From a virus (lineage: Duplodnaviria > Heunggongvirae > Uroviricota > Caudoviricetes): a stretch of 38,675 nt of DNA. The DNA lies in the IMG/VR virus record IMGVR_UViG_2563366911_000004. One strand, 5' to 3'. Position 1 is the stretch's first letter; each line of letters starts with the position of its first letter. Of the stretch, positions 1 through 9,493 are shown piece by piece. Below the pieces are notes generated by a model. It had not been told where the DNA came from and made no database searches. It saw only the letters and a program-made list of their open reading frames with translations. A program made the translations under genes and the position numbers.

Positions 1-2112
1 CGGATCGCCCTGCTGTCCCCACGCATTTACCGCCCGGACTGTCAGCGTGTAACGCCCCAGCGCCAGTTGCCTGAAGCGGTATGTGGTTTCCGTCGTCCGG
101 GCCGTGCTGACCAGCCGCTCACTGCCGTCATCCGCTGCCACGGTCAGGCGAAGCATAAAGCTCACCCCCTTCACCACCTTCGGTGTGTCCCATCGCGCCA
201 GCACCTGATATTCCCCGCTGTCTGCAGTGACTTCGGCGGTCAGATGCTGCACTGCTGGCGGCGTGACACCATTCACCGTGCCGCTCTGGTCGCTGTCAAA
301 GTGCGCCCCGTTATCCACGATGGCTTCTTTTTCCGGTACATGCTGCACGGCAGTGATTGCATACGTGCCGTCGTCGTTCTCACGGATACTCACACAGCGG
401 AACAGGCGCTGGCGCAACGTCGGCAGCTTCATCCCCCATATGCTGTATCCGGCAACGCCGTCAGGAACACGGCTCACTTTCACCTTCACGCCGTCGGTGA
501 CGGACTGAACCTCCACGCTGACCGGATTGCCACTTCCGTCAACCAGGCTTATCAGCGTGGTACCGGAGGATGGCAGCGTGATTTCACGGTCGAGCGTCAG
601 CGTCCGGGTCTGGCTGTTCACCGCCAGCACGCGCCCGCCGGTGCTGATACCGGCATAGTCATCATCGCAGATTTCAATGACATCGCCCGGCACATGGCGA
701 AGCCCTTCTGCGCCCACGCTGAAGTCCACGGTCTGCGTTTCCAGCAGTTCCGTTTTAATCAGCCACAGCCCGGCGCGGTGTGCCTGCCCCCGGCTGGTAC
801 AGCCAAAGGCATCCATCTTCGTGACGTTACGACCGTAACGGGCAATGGCCTGCGTGTCCTCCACAAGCTCTGTCGCCGTCTCCCAGCCGTTATCCGGGTC
901 AATCCAGTTCACCTCAACGGCATTATGGCGGTCCTTCAGGGCGCTGAAGCTGTAGCGGAACGGCGCGCCATCATCCGGCATCACCACATTACTGCGGTTA
1001 TAGGTCCACACCTTATCCGACGGTCGGTCCTGCACGAACGTCAGCGTCTGCCCGTTCCATACAGGCATACAGCGCATCGCCGAGCAGAAATCGCTGAGAA
1101 CATCCCACGCCTTGCGCTGTGTGGTCAGGTACGCATTACAGGTGATGCGCGGCTCCGTACCGCCAAAGCCGTCCGGCACTGACTGGTCGCAGTACTGGCC
1201 GATGACATACAGCGCCCATTTATCCACATCCGCCGCACCAAGACGTTTTCCCATGCCGTAGCGCGGGTGGGTCAGCATATCCCACAGACACCAGGCCATG
1301 TTGTTGCTGTATGCCGGTTTTAACGTTCCGTCCCAGATACCACTGTATTGCCGCGTCTGCGGGTTATAGTTCGACGGCACCTGCAGAATGCGCCCGCGAA
1401 GATGATAATTACGGCTCACCTGCTGGCTGCCGAACTGCTCCGAATCCACCTGTACGCCGACCAGTGCCGTGTTCGGGTAGCACTGTTTCACATCGATGAT
1501 TTCGGTGTATGACGACCAGAGCGTTTTGTTCTGCAGCTGGTCTGTGGTGCTGTCCGGCGTCATCCTGCGCATCCGGATATTAAACGGGCGCGGCGGCAGG
1601 TTATCCACCACCACCGAGGCCAGATACTGCGAGGTGGTTTTGCCCTTAATGGTGATGTCTTTTTCCGTCACCCAGCCACCATTACGCTGTATCTGAACCA
1701 GCAGGCGGACTTCCGATGGATTCCTGTCCCCCTTTGAGGTGGTTTCCACCAGTGCCTGCACGCCGAAAGTAAAACGCAGACGGTCAATGTTTGCCGACGT
1801 GATGGTCCGGGTGATCGGCGTGTCATATTTCACTTCTGTACCGAGCACCGTCTCGGAGCCGGAGGATTCAAATCCCTCCGGCGGTGTCTGCTCCTGCTCA
1901 CCGGCCCGGAACACCACCGTGACGCCGGATATATTGGTATTCCCCTCACTGTCCAGCACCGGCGTACTGTTCAGCAGCACGCTTTTTAATCCATCCACCG
2001 GACCTTCAACCGGCCCTTCGCTGATGGCATCGATCACACTCAGCAGCTGCGTGGACTTCAGGTTGTCCTTCGCTTCGCGCGGGGTATGCCCCTTACTGCT
2101 GCCTTTACCCAT
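1..2112 (-). CDS. J: Tail tip / host specificity protein J (central tail fibre), N-terminal ~704 codons; 3' end lies beyond window start
   Basis: Minus-strand translation from ATG at 2112-2110 (GGAG 8 nt upstream) reads MGKGSSKGHTPREAKDNLKSTQLLSVIDAISEGPVEGPVDGLKSVLLNSTPVLDSEGNTNISGVTVVFRAGEQEQTPPEGFESSGSETVLGTEVKYDTPITRTI..., matching my recollection of lambda J. Open to position 1. The + strand ORFs listed here are shadow ORFs. Confidence 0.9.
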   Translation of the reverse strand, partial: MGKGSSKGHTPREAKDNLKSTQLLSVIDAISEGPVEGPVDGLKSVLLNSTPVLDSEGNTNISGVTVVFRAGEQEQTPPEGFESSGSETVLGTEVKYDTPITRTITSANIDRLRFTFGVQALVETTSKGDRNPSEVRLLVQIQRNGGWVTEKDITIKGKTTSQYLASVVVDNLPPRPFNIRMRRMTPDSTTDQLQNKTLWSSYTEIIDVKQCYPNTALVGVQVDSEQFGSQQVSRNYHLRGRILQVPSNYNPQTRQYSGIWDGTLKPAYSNNMAWCLWDMLTHPRYGMGKRLGAADVDKWALYVIGQYCDQSVPDGFGGTEPRITCNAYLTTQRKAWDVLSDFCSAMRCMPVWNGQTLTFVQDRPSDKVWTYNRSNVVMPDDGAPFRYSFSALKDRHNAVEVNWIDPDNGWETATELVEDTQAIARYGRNVTKMDAFGCTSRGQAHRAGLWLIKTELLETQTVDFSVGAEGLRHVPGDVIEICDDDYAGISTGGRVLAVNSQTRTLTLDREITLPSSGTTLISLVDGSGNPVSVEVQSVTDGVKVKVSRVPDGVAGYSIWGMKLPTLRQRLFRCVSIRENDDGTYAITAVQHVPEKEAIVDNGAHFDSDQSGTVNGVTPPAVQHLTAEVTADSGEYQVLARWDTPKVVKGVSFMLRLTVAADDGSERLVSTARTTETTYRFRQLALGRYTLTVRAVNAWGQQGDP

Positions 2113-2172
2113 TCGTCATGCTCCATAAACGATAAAACCGCCCGGAGGCGGTTTCACATAAAACATTTTGCA

Positions 2173-2820
2173 TCAGCGACCAATCACCACAACCTGACCA
2201 CCATCCCCTTCGTCTGCCGTGCTGATCTCCTGAGAAACCACGCGTGACCCCACGCGCATTTCACCGTACAGAACTGGCAGAACATTGCCCTGGGCAACCA
2301 TGTTATCCAGTGACGAGAAATAGGTGTTCTGTTTGCCGTTATCTGTACTTGCTGCCGTGGGCGTCCTGGCTTTCGGTGCCAGCATCTGCGCCACACCGCC
2401 CAGGATCATACTGGCCCCTGCCGCATACATGCCCGATACAGCCGCGGCACCCAGCCAGCCCACAGGGTTCCACCATGCCACCGCAATCAGCGCCGCACCC
2501 AGTACTGCCTGAAAAACACCGCCACTTTTAGCTCCCGCCAGACGCGGCACGATGTGGATCACGGCACCATTTGCCAGCGGCTCATTAAGACGGGCAGATA
2601 ATTCATTTTCGCCTGCATCACGCCCGGCAATGCGTACCTGGTACCAGCCGTCGCTCAGTTTCTGACGAAACGCCGGGTTCTGCATGGCCAGCGCCCGGAT
2701 GGCTTCGGACCCCGTTTTCACTCGAAGGTCGATGCGGCGGCCAAATCGTTGTAAATCCCCGTAAAGGCAGATGCGTGCCATGCCCGGTGACGCCAGAGGG
2801 AGTGTGTGCGTCGCTGCCAT
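2173..2820 (-). CDS. I: Tail assembly protein I
   Basis: 215 aa, MAATHTLPLASPGMARICLYGDLQRFGRRIDLRVKTG...NGKQNTYFSSLDNMVAQGNVLPVLYGEMRVGSRVVSQEISTADEGDGGQVVVIGR; lambda I-like at both termini, sits between K and J. Confidence 0.85.
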   Translation of the reverse strand: MAATHTLPLASPGMARICLYGDLQRFGRRIDLRVKTGSEAIRALAMQNPAFRQKLSDGWYQVRIAGRDAGENELSARLNEPLANGAVIHIVPRLAGAKSGGVFQAVLGAALIAVAWWNPVGWLGAAAVSGMYAAGASMILGGVAQMLAPKARTPTAASTDNGKQNTYFSSLDNMVAQGNVLPVLYGEMRVGSRVVSQEISTADEGDGGQVVVIGR

Positions 2821-3470
2821 TTGTCGGTGTACCTCTCTCGTTTGCTCAGTTGTTCAGGAATATGGTGCAGCAGCTCGCTGTCACCACAGTAAATGGCGGC
2901 ATGATTCGGCACCGATGAACCAAAACAGCACATCAGCACATCGCCCGGCTGCGCCGCTGACAACGGCACCTGATACAGCCCTGTGGCCTCCAGATTATCC
3001 AGATAGAGATTCTGACCGTTACGCCACCAGTCATCCTCGCGATGAAAATCCGGCATCTCAATCCCCGCCAGATGGTAAGCATCCCGGAACAGCGTGTAAC
3101 AGTCCGTCACCCCGTGCTCAAAGCGCCGCCCGGAAAGATGTGGCACACAGCGGAACTTGTGAATCGCCCCCCGGCAAACCAGCCACCACGGCAAATCACT
3201 CTGCACCTGCAGCCGCCGGTCGGCCTCACTCAGCCAGGGCAGACCACCGGGGTGGCTGTGGACCAGCGCCACAATCTCACCCTGCATTTCTGCCTGCAGC
3301 CAGTCCTCCGGAGCCATCCGGAAATAATCCTCCGGCTCACCGGAGATATTCACGCAGGGAAAATATCTTTCCCCCTCCGGCGTTCTCACCACGAAGCCGC
3401 ACGACTCCGCTGGCGCACATCGCCGGGCGTGCGCCAGAATCGCTGATTCTGTCTCTGTCATGGGATTCAC
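2718..3470 (-). CDS. K: Tail assembly protein K (JAB/MPN-type motif HSHPGG plus NlpC/P60-like C-terminal half)
   Basis: 250 aa, ...ESCGFVVRTPEGERYF...EIVALVHSHPGGLPWLSEADR...HGVTDCYTLFRDAYHLAGIEMP...; start overlaps L stop by 4 nt; 3' end overlaps I by 103 nt. Confidence 0.85.
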   Translation of the reverse strand: MNPMTETESAILAHARRCAPAESCGFVVRTPEGERYFPCVNISGEPEDYFRMAPEDWLQAEMQGEIVALVHSHPGGLPWLSEADRRLQVQSDLPWWLVCRGAIHKFRCVPHLSGRRFEHGVTDCYTLFRDAYHLAGIEMPDFHREDDWWRNGQNLYLDNLEATGLYQVPLSAAQPGDVLMCCFGSSVPNHAAIYCGDSELLHHIPEQLSKRERYTDKWQRRTHSLWRHRAWHASAFTGIYNDLAAASTFE

Positions 3471-4165
3471 TGCGAAAGTTTGTTAATGGAAAGGAAGCCG
3501 CCAAAGTTGCCGACGTTATTGCGGAACTTGCAACCACTCAGGCATTTGCTGCATTTATCCTTCGTGATATCGGACGTCGGCTGATCATATTCATCCGCGA
3601 CCGCCGGACCGTGATAACCGCACTCATCACCGCGATAGGTCCAGGTGCAGGTGTTGGCCAGCATGATACGTCCCGGAAAAACGGCACCGTCCGTTTCCGT
3701 CGGCGTGGACAGTACAAAAGAGGCACTCACCGCGCTCAGTTCGCTGCACTGCTCGATGCGCCAGCGGCTGATCACCTCCTGCTCCGGATCGGCGTCACTG
3801 TTTCCGTTGACGAAGTTCACCGCATCCAGAAAACGGGCGTAAACCTTACGCCGGACCACCGTTCCTCCGACCAGACTCTGCAGGTCTTCCGCCATCCCGG
3901 TGACCATGCCGTGCAGGTTAGAAACCGTCAGTGTCGGACGGGCAGCACTGCCCTTGCCGTTCAGTTCAAATCCCGTCCCCTGAATGGGATACGCCTGATA
4001 CTGTCGCCCCTGCCAGGTGACCGGCTCACCTTTTTCGTTCTGCTCATTACAGAAAAAATAACGTTCTCCACCGACCACTGTCAGATCGATTTCCCAGAGC
4101 ACCACCTGGGCTGACTGAGTGAGGCGTGTCGTCTCATGATGTGTTTCCTGTGGAATATCCTGCAT
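3467..4165 (-). CDS. L: Minor tail (tail tip) protein L
   Basis: 232 aa, MQDIPQETHHETTRLTQSAQVVLWEIDLTVVGGERYFFCNEQNEKGEPVTWQGRQYQAYPIQGTGFELNGKGSAARPTLTVSNL...; lambda L-like with C-terminal Cys cluster. Confidence 0.9.
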   Translation of the reverse strand: MQDIPQETHHETTRLTQSAQVVLWEIDLTVVGGERYFFCNEQNEKGEPVTWQGRQYQAYPIQGTGFELNGKGSAARPTLTVSNLHGMVTGMAEDLQSLVGGTVVRRKVYARFLDAVNFVNGNSDADPEQEVISRWRIEQCSELSAVSASFVLSTPTETDGAVFPGRIMLANTCTWTYRGDECGYHGPAVADEYDQPTSDITKDKCSKCLSGCKFRNNVGNFGGFLSINKLSQ

Positions 4166-4174
4166 CAGAGACTC

Positions 4175-4504
4175 CTATGCCACGACCTGTTCAAAATCTG
4201 CCGTTATGGTTACCCACAACGCCCCCACGCTTGCCGACCATTTACGACAAACCACCCTGATCGGCTTCCAGTCATAAGGTGGCGTCCACTGAAATGCGCG
4301 GACGCCACCGTGCCGTTCCAGAAAGGCTTTTAAAGATGGGTGTTCACATTTACGAACACGTATCGTCACGCTGTAAGTCGACAACTGGTTATTCAGTCCC
4401 GCCGCACGACGCTGTTCATAACCATCGCCCAGCTTCACTGTCACCACTTTCGGCTCTGATACCACATTCATATCCGGGCGCACTTTCCAGTGAAACGTCT
4501 CCAT
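4175..4504 (-). CDS. M: Minor tail protein M
   Basis: 109 aa, METFHWKVRPDMNVVSEPKVVTVKLGDGYEQRRAAGLNNQLSTYSVTIRVRK...; lambda M-like, immediately downstream of the tape measure gene. Confidence 0.85.
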   Translation of the reverse strand: METFHWKVRPDMNVVSEPKVVTVKLGDGYEQRRAAGLNNQLSTYSVTIRVRKCEHPSLKAFLERHGGVRAFQWTPPYDWKPIRVVCRKWSASVGALWVTITADFEQVVA

Positions 4505-7500
4505 TACCGATATGCTCCACTTAACCGACCACCATCACGGGCCTGCTGTTGCATAAAGTCCGCTGCCGCTTTTTTCCCAAGGTCATAAACCACCTTCAGG
4601 GCAGCCGGACCTATCTGCCCGTTCGTGCCATCGTTATTGATCTCGATGTTGTACTGCGGGGCAAACATCGCCATACCTGAACCACCAATATCCGCCACAA
4701 CCCCCAGCTTACCGTCAGCACCACGACGCAGTGGCAGAATGGCTTCAGGTCCAGCTTCCCCCATCACACCCGCGCCTTTTGCAAAAGCAAAAAACGTCGG
4801 ACGGTTAACCACCGTGCCACTGTAACGACTCAAATCAGCAGACTGATAAATCCCCCCATTGGCATTCAGGGAAAGGCTGCTGAGATCAAATCCCAGTACA
4901 CTGCCAATCCCTTTTATCGATTTCATCATGGTTGCCTGCGCCAGGATTTTCGCCATATCTGACAGCACCGAAGAGGTGAAGGATTTGAAGTTGAGTTTGC
5001 CGGTAGTGACAAAAGTTGCCAGGCCATTTCCCATGTTGCTGAAGGCTGACGAGAACACCTGTTCTGCTGTTCCTGCCGTATTGTCTGCATCCACGGTAAA
5101 ATCCTGAAATGCACGCAGGACTCCGTTTTTCCAGTTACCCTGCACAACTTCAAGCTGTTGCCAGTAACGGCGATTCTCATTCAGTTGTCGGTTCAGGCTC
5201 TCCGTCAGCGCCTGCTCGGCCTTTCTGTAGTCATCCGTGTTATATGTCCCTTTCTGCTCACTATCCCGCCTCAACTGCTCCAGCTGTTGCTGGTATTTCT
5301 GGCGAAGACTCAGTTGTACCTGATATCGCTGCCGCTGCTGATCACCCATACCCACCGTGGCGATATCCAGGTCATGTTGCTGACGCTGAGCGAGCTCTTC
5401 TTCAGCCAGTTGACTGGTCAGCTGAATTGTTTTTTTCTTCAGATCGTTGAGTGCCGTCTGTTTCTGAAGCTCCTGCTGTTTTACATCCAGCAGCGTCAGT
5501 GCCTGAATCAGTTCATCTTTACGGGCCAGCACACTCTTTTCATCTGCCGTCAGTTTTTTCCCGTCCAGATCGCTGATGCGCTGCTGCAGAGCCAGAAGCT
5601 GTTTATGCGCTTCTGTCATCTTTTCAGTGGCAATGCCTGCTGACTGTCTTGCAGCAGCAATCTGTCCTTCCACCTGTGCCTGTTGCTGACTGTACTGCAG
5701 CAATAACCGGGTGGCCTCATCATTACGGGTTTCGCGTGTTTTTTTCTTACCGGATGCCAGGGCTTTCTCGTAACGTTCATTTTCACGTTGTATCGCTGCA
5801 TCCCTGACAGCCTGATCGGCGTACTGCATGGAATTAATACGCGCAATTTCACGCTGATGTCGTGCTGCTTCCGTTTCATTCATCCGGTTCAGTGCAGCAT
5901 TTTCAGCATTACGTCGTTTCTGTTGCTCCTGATAATTCCGCTCTGCCTGCTCTTTTGCATCCTGCAAATCCTTCTGGCGTTTTTTCTCCTGAAGATCGTT
6001 AAGACGCTGCTGATCGTATTCAACCTGAGAAGATGATGCCGTCCAGGGGAGTCTTTTCGCCCGCGACACTTTCTCCTGTAAAGCGGCAATCTGTTCATCC
6101 AGCGAGTCTTCACGACCAATATTCATGGCCGCATCCCAGAAACGACTCCACAAATCAGACAGATACTTCAGCGTACTGCCAAGCGCATTGAGGTTATTAT
6201 CAATATCCGCAGTACGCCGACCGGTTTCCTCTGCCAGTGCAGACATGGCTATCCGTGCAGCATCACTGGACCGTCCCTGATCCCCAAGGACACGTATCTG
6301 CTCAAGCTGAGTGGCAGTAAGAAAATGCAGCTCATTGTCCAGAGCCTTCGCGGCATTTACAGGATCATCCTTCAGCCGCTTAAACTGATTTATGGTATCG
6401 CTGACCGACTGGCCAACCGATCGCTCCATCTGTGCGGCAGCTCTCGCCACCATACCGATATCGTTTCCACGAAATGCACCACTCCCCACCACCTGAGCCA
6501 GCACACCGGCTGCAGCATGTTGCGTGATACCATTCCCGGAAATAGCACGACTGAGCGTCCACAGCTGCCCGGCAGTGACTCCGGCATAATGCCCCGTCAG
6601 CGACAACTGGCGGTTAAATTCTTCCCCCTCCTTCTGACCGTCATACCAGGCTTTACCCAGACCATAGACGGACGCGGCAATACCGCCAATAACCCCGCCA
6701 AGCATCATGCCTTTCGGTGACATCAGAGTGTCTATCCATCCGGCACGGTTAGCCAGCGTTATCCCGGATCCCCTCAGCGCCCCTAAATTGCCGCGGGCCA
6801 GTTCACCTATCAGAACGCCTATCTCCTGGCGGGCCGCTGCACTTTTCAGACCCAGCGAATGCGTGGCTTTTCCTGCCTGCTCCATTTTGCGGATATACAC
6901 TTCTGCAGCACTGCTTACCCCCAGCTGGGCAGCCTTAGCACGAAGCAACTCAGAAGAAGAAAGATTCTGGCGGGTTGCCTGCTCTTTAAGCTGACGGATA
7001 AACGCCACTTTCTGTCGGGTAGCCTCTTCCTCAGCCTGCGTAAGAACACGGGTTTTCGCCGTAACCTCAGAAATCAGCGCCAGATAATCCTGCTGACCAA
7101 TCCCGCCACTGTTTCTGGCCTGTCGGATCTGCTGCTGAATACGCTGTAATTCCTGCAGCCCCGCACTGGCCTGTTTCACACTGTCAATCTGACGATAAAA
7201 CGCAGCAGCTGCTTTATCCTGAGCCTCCGCCAGAGCCATGGCCTGCGCCTGTTCCTCGCGCATTTTCTGGCTCAGTGCCTCCATACGCTGGCGGGTTTTC
7301 TCCACCTCGCGGGCCATGCGTTCATGAGCCTGTGCGTTCTTCTCCACCGTCTGCGCATGGACGGATGCGGCTGTTGCAGCCGAAGACGCCGCCTGCGTTG
7401 TCTGCCGGGCGGCCTGAGTCTGACGCTCCATAAAACGCTGCATACGGGCAGAAGACCGTTCTGCATCGCTGGCTGCACCATTCAGAAGGTTTTTGATACG

Positions 7501-7599
7501 GGGAATTTCATTTTTAAACTCTGCCGCATCAATCCCCAAATCAATGACCAGGTTGGCTATCTGGTCCATAACGCACACCTCCGGAAATACCTTCCCCAA
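4504..7599 (-). CDS. Tail tape measure protein (lambda H equivalent), 1031 aa
   Basis: Long coiled-coil-rich ORF (Q/A/E/R/K-rich heptad-like stretches), Gly-rich hydrophobic segment (GMMLGGVIGGIAASVYGLG), located between the G/T chaperone pair and M. Confidence 0.85.
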   Translation of the reverse strand: MGKVFPEVCVMDQIANLVIDLGIDAAEFKNEIPRIKNLLNGAASDAERSSARMQRFMERQTQAARQTTQAASSAATAASVHAQTVEKNAQAHERMAREVEKTRQRMEALSQKMREEQAQAMALAEAQDKAAAAFYRQIDSVKQASAGLQELQRIQQQIRQARNSGGIGQQDYLALISEVTAKTRVLTQAEEEATRQKVAFIRQLKEQATRQNLSSSELLRAKAAQLGVSSAAEVYIRKMEQAGKATHSLGLKSAAARQEIGVLIGELARGNLGALRGSGITLANRAGWIDTLMSPKGMMLGGVIGGIAASVYGLGKAWYDGQKEGEEFNRQLSLTGHYAGVTAGQLWTLSRAISGNGITQHAAAGVLAQVVGSGAFRGNDIGMVARAAAQMERSVGQSVSDTINQFKRLKDDPVNAAKALDNELHFLTATQLEQIRVLGDQGRSSDAARIAMSALAEETGRRTADIDNNLNALGSTLKYLSDLWSRFWDAAMNIGREDSLDEQIAALQEKVSRAKRLPWTASSSQVEYDQQRLNDLQEKKRQKDLQDAKEQAERNYQEQQKRRNAENAALNRMNETEAARHQREIARINSMQYADQAVRDAAIQRENERYEKALASGKKKTRETRNDEATRLLLQYSQQQAQVEGQIAAARQSAGIATEKMTEAHKQLLALQQRISDLDGKKLTADEKSVLARKDELIQALTLLDVKQQELQKQTALNDLKKKTIQLTSQLAEEELAQRQQHDLDIATVGMGDQQRQRYQVQLSLRQKYQQQLEQLRRDSEQKGTYNTDDYRKAEQALTESLNRQLNENRRYWQQLEVVQGNWKNGVLRAFQDFTVDADNTAGTAEQVFSSAFSNMGNGLATFVTTGKLNFKSFTSSVLSDMAKILAQATMMKSIKGIGSVLGFDLSSLSLNANGGIYQSADLSRYSGTVVNRPTFFAFAKGAGVMGEAGPEAILPLRRGADGKLGVVADIGGSGMAMFAPQYNIEINNDGTNGQIGPAALKVVYDLGKKAAADFMQQQARDGGRLSGAYR

Positions 7600-7870
7600 G
7601 ATGCATCAGTTCTTCGTCCGTTCGCTCCGGTATCCCGTTCTCTTCCGGTAAAAGGCTGAAATCAGCCACCGCAGCATCACTGCTGCCGGACACCATTCTC
7701 ACGATCAATGCCTTCAGCGAGGCAAACTGCGCATCCATCCACACATCACTGAAGCTCTGCATCCGGAAATAATCGCCCCACTCACCAAGCTCAGTGGCCG
7801 ACATTTCCGACAGCATCCGCCGCCAGTCTGCCCGCCGGAACTCCCGGGCAAGCCGCATGACAAACTGCAT
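7541..7870 (-). CDS. T: Tail assembly chaperone T segment, probably expressed only as G-T fusion via -1 frameshift
   Basis: -1 frame relative to G is open from 7903 through 7541; no SD in front of the ATG at 7870; classic G/GT arrangement upstream of the tape measure gene; 3' end overlaps H start by 59 nt. Confidence 0.7.
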   Translation of the reverse strand: MQFVMRLAREFRRADWRRMLSEMSATELGEWGDYFRMQSFSDVWMDAQFASLKALIVRMVSGSSDAAVADFSLLPEENGIPERTDEELMHLGEGISGGVRYGPDSQPGH

Positions 7871-7878
7871 TTCCCGCG

Positions 7879-8307
7879 TCAGGACTTTTCCGGCGTCAGC
7901 ACCTCATGCTCCAAATCCCCGGCATTATCAATGGCCCCCATACCGCTCAGCGACAGAACCATCTCCGCCCCCGCACCCAGGGCATCATACGACCATGTTG
8001 TAATAACGGATGCGTAAAGCGTCTCAACATCCTGAGACTGTTCCGCATTCCACAGTGAGCGGGAAACCAGCCAGGCATTGATATCCATCCCCATCCGCAG
8101 AAAAGCAATCTGTCGTTCAGCCTCCGGCAGTTCTCCCTCCCCGGCATCAAACTTTGCCGTTCGCTGCTGAACAAACATCAGATATTCAATTCTCTGCAGC
8201 CCGGACAGCTCACTGAGCACCACGGACTGTTTTTCATAATTAAACGTGTCCTGTTTCAGAAACATCATGTTCTCCACCTGCAAAAAAGCCCCGAATAACC
8301 GGGGCAA
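7879..8307 (-). CDS. G: Tail assembly chaperone G
   Basis: MFLKQDTFNYEKQSVVLSELSGLQRIEYL... resembles lambda G N-terminus (MFLK...TLSELSALQRIEHL). Probable true start ATG at 8265 (GGTGGAGA SD), giving ~128 aa. Confidence 0.8.
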   Translation of the reverse strand: MPRLFGAFLQVENMMFLKQDTFNYEKQSVVLSELSGLQRIEYLMFVQQRTAKFDAGEGELPEAERQIAFLRMGMDINAWLVSRSLWNAEQSQDVETLYASVITTWSYDALGAGAEMVLSLSGMGAIDNAGDLEHEVLTPEKS

Positions 8308-8325
8308 ATGATGAGTATCGTCCTG

Positions 8326-9144
8326 TTAACCTGCTGCGCTGACAGTCACCGCAGCCACAGCCACAAAATTCCCGTCAGCGGTCATGCCCACAATGCTGAC
8401 ACTGCCCTGCTTCACGCCTTTTACCGTGGCCACAAGTCCGTTCAGGGTAACCGTGGCAGTCTGTGGATCTGACGAATGCACACTGATCGCTTTGTCACTG
8501 GCTCCGTCAGGTTTTACTGTAAAGGTCAGCGTGGTGGTTGCTCCCACTTTTACACTGGCAGATGCCGGTGATACTGTCAGCCCGGTAACGCTCACGGTTT
8601 CAGTGCCTTCCTCTGCCAGATACGGACGCCCCACACCGCTGATTTTCACAGTGCGGGTCATCACGTCTTTTGAGGCAATGGTTTTACCCAGTGAGCTCAG
8701 CCAGCCACGGAAAACATCAACAGTGCCGTTGGGATATTTGATACGAAACGCGCAGACTTCACCGGAGTCGAACAACTGAACCAGTTTTTTCTGCCCGCTG
8801 TCACCCGGACGCCAGGCCAGCGTCGCCGAAGTATCACCAACGGATTTCTGCCCCTGGGTTGTCGTTTTCCAGTCTGCATCTTCATCATCGAGATAAGTGT
8901 CATCTTCTGCATCAGCGGTCATTTCGCCAGGTTGCAGATCCTTCACCATCGCAAGACGCAGCCAGTCAGTGTCCGATAAAGGGTTCGCAAACGCATCGCC
9001 CTTGCCGGTATACATCCAGAACGTCGTTCCCGCACCTTTCGTTTTTGCCAGTGGATTTGGTGTGGTCATTACCACCTCCTTAATTCGTGTACGTGATCTG
9101 GTACGTGATTTCCGCCATCGCCCAGGTGGCCATCTCATTATCAC
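8326..9144 (-). CDS. V: Major tail protein V with C-terminal Ig-like (Big_2-type) domain
   Basis: ...KGAGTTFWMYTGKGDAFANPLSDTDWLRLAMVKDLQPGEMTADAEDDTYLDDEDADWKTTTQGQKSVGDTSATLAW...NGTVDVFRGW... matches lambda V pattern. Probable true start ATG at 9069 preceded by TAAGGAGGTGGTA, giving ~247 aa. Confidence 0.9.
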   Translation of the reverse strand: MIMRWPPGRWRKSRTRSRTRIKEVVMTTPNPLAKTKGAGTTFWMYTGKGDAFANPLSDTDWLRLAMVKDLQPGEMTADAEDDTYLDDEDADWKTTTQGQKSVGDTSATLAWRPGDSGQKKLVQLFDSGEVCAFRIKYPNGTVDVFRGWLSSLGKTIASKDVMTRTVKISGVGRPYLAEEGTETVSVTGLTVSPASASVKVGATTTLTFTVKPDGASDKAISVHSSDPQTATVTLNGLVATVKGVKQGSVSIVGMTADGNFVAVAAVTVSAAG

Positions 9145-9493
9145 GTTGATAGTTAAAACCGAGTGGGATCAGGGTGTCGATGAGTCCGGAAAGTGCTGGT
9201 ACATCATTCAGGGCCGGGAAAATGGTGCTCTCCATCCACATATCCAGCTCTGAATCCGGTGCCTGTGCCCGGATGAAGACAGCAATATGCAGAACAGCCT
9301 GCCAGTCATCTTCATCCGTCATTTTTCCGGTGTACTGAGCATCACTCAGCCACACCGCCACGGCAGGCAGTTCCTGCGCATCAACAAATGCCGGAAGCCC
9401 GTCAAAAAACGTGGCGCTGTCTCCACACTGTTCCCGAAGGCGTGCCAGTACGACCTGGCGGATTTGTGTATGTCGGTTCATCGGGTCAGCCAT
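9080..9493 (-). CDS. U: Tail terminator protein U
   Basis: ...ATFFDGLPAFVDAQELPAVAVWLSDAQYTGK...WQAVLHIAVFIRAQAPDSELDMWMES... resembles lambda U. Probable start ATG 9481 forming ATGA overlap with Z stop. Confidence 0.85.
   Translation of the reverse strand: MADPMNRHTQIRQVVLARLREQCGDSATFFDGLPAFVDAQELPAVAVWLSDAQYTGKMTDEDDWQAVLHIAVFIRAQAPDSELDMWMESTIFPALNDVPALSGLIDTLIPLGFNYQRDNEMATWAMAEITYQITYTN

Noticed and set aside
67-1182. 371-aa + strand ORF (and 227-508, 1311-2128 ORFs)
   Set aside because: Antisense shadow ORFs within the J gene; the minus strand encodes a recognisable J protein; products are Arg/His-rich nonsense.
2771-4114. 447-aa + strand ORF
   Set aside because: Antisense to the K and L genes; Pro/Ser/Arg-rich low-complexity translation typical of shadow ORFs.
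5109-7149. Multiple 60-160 aa ORFs on both strands inside the tape measure gene
   Set aside because: All nested within or antisense to the 1031-aa tape measure ORF; no SD or independent support.
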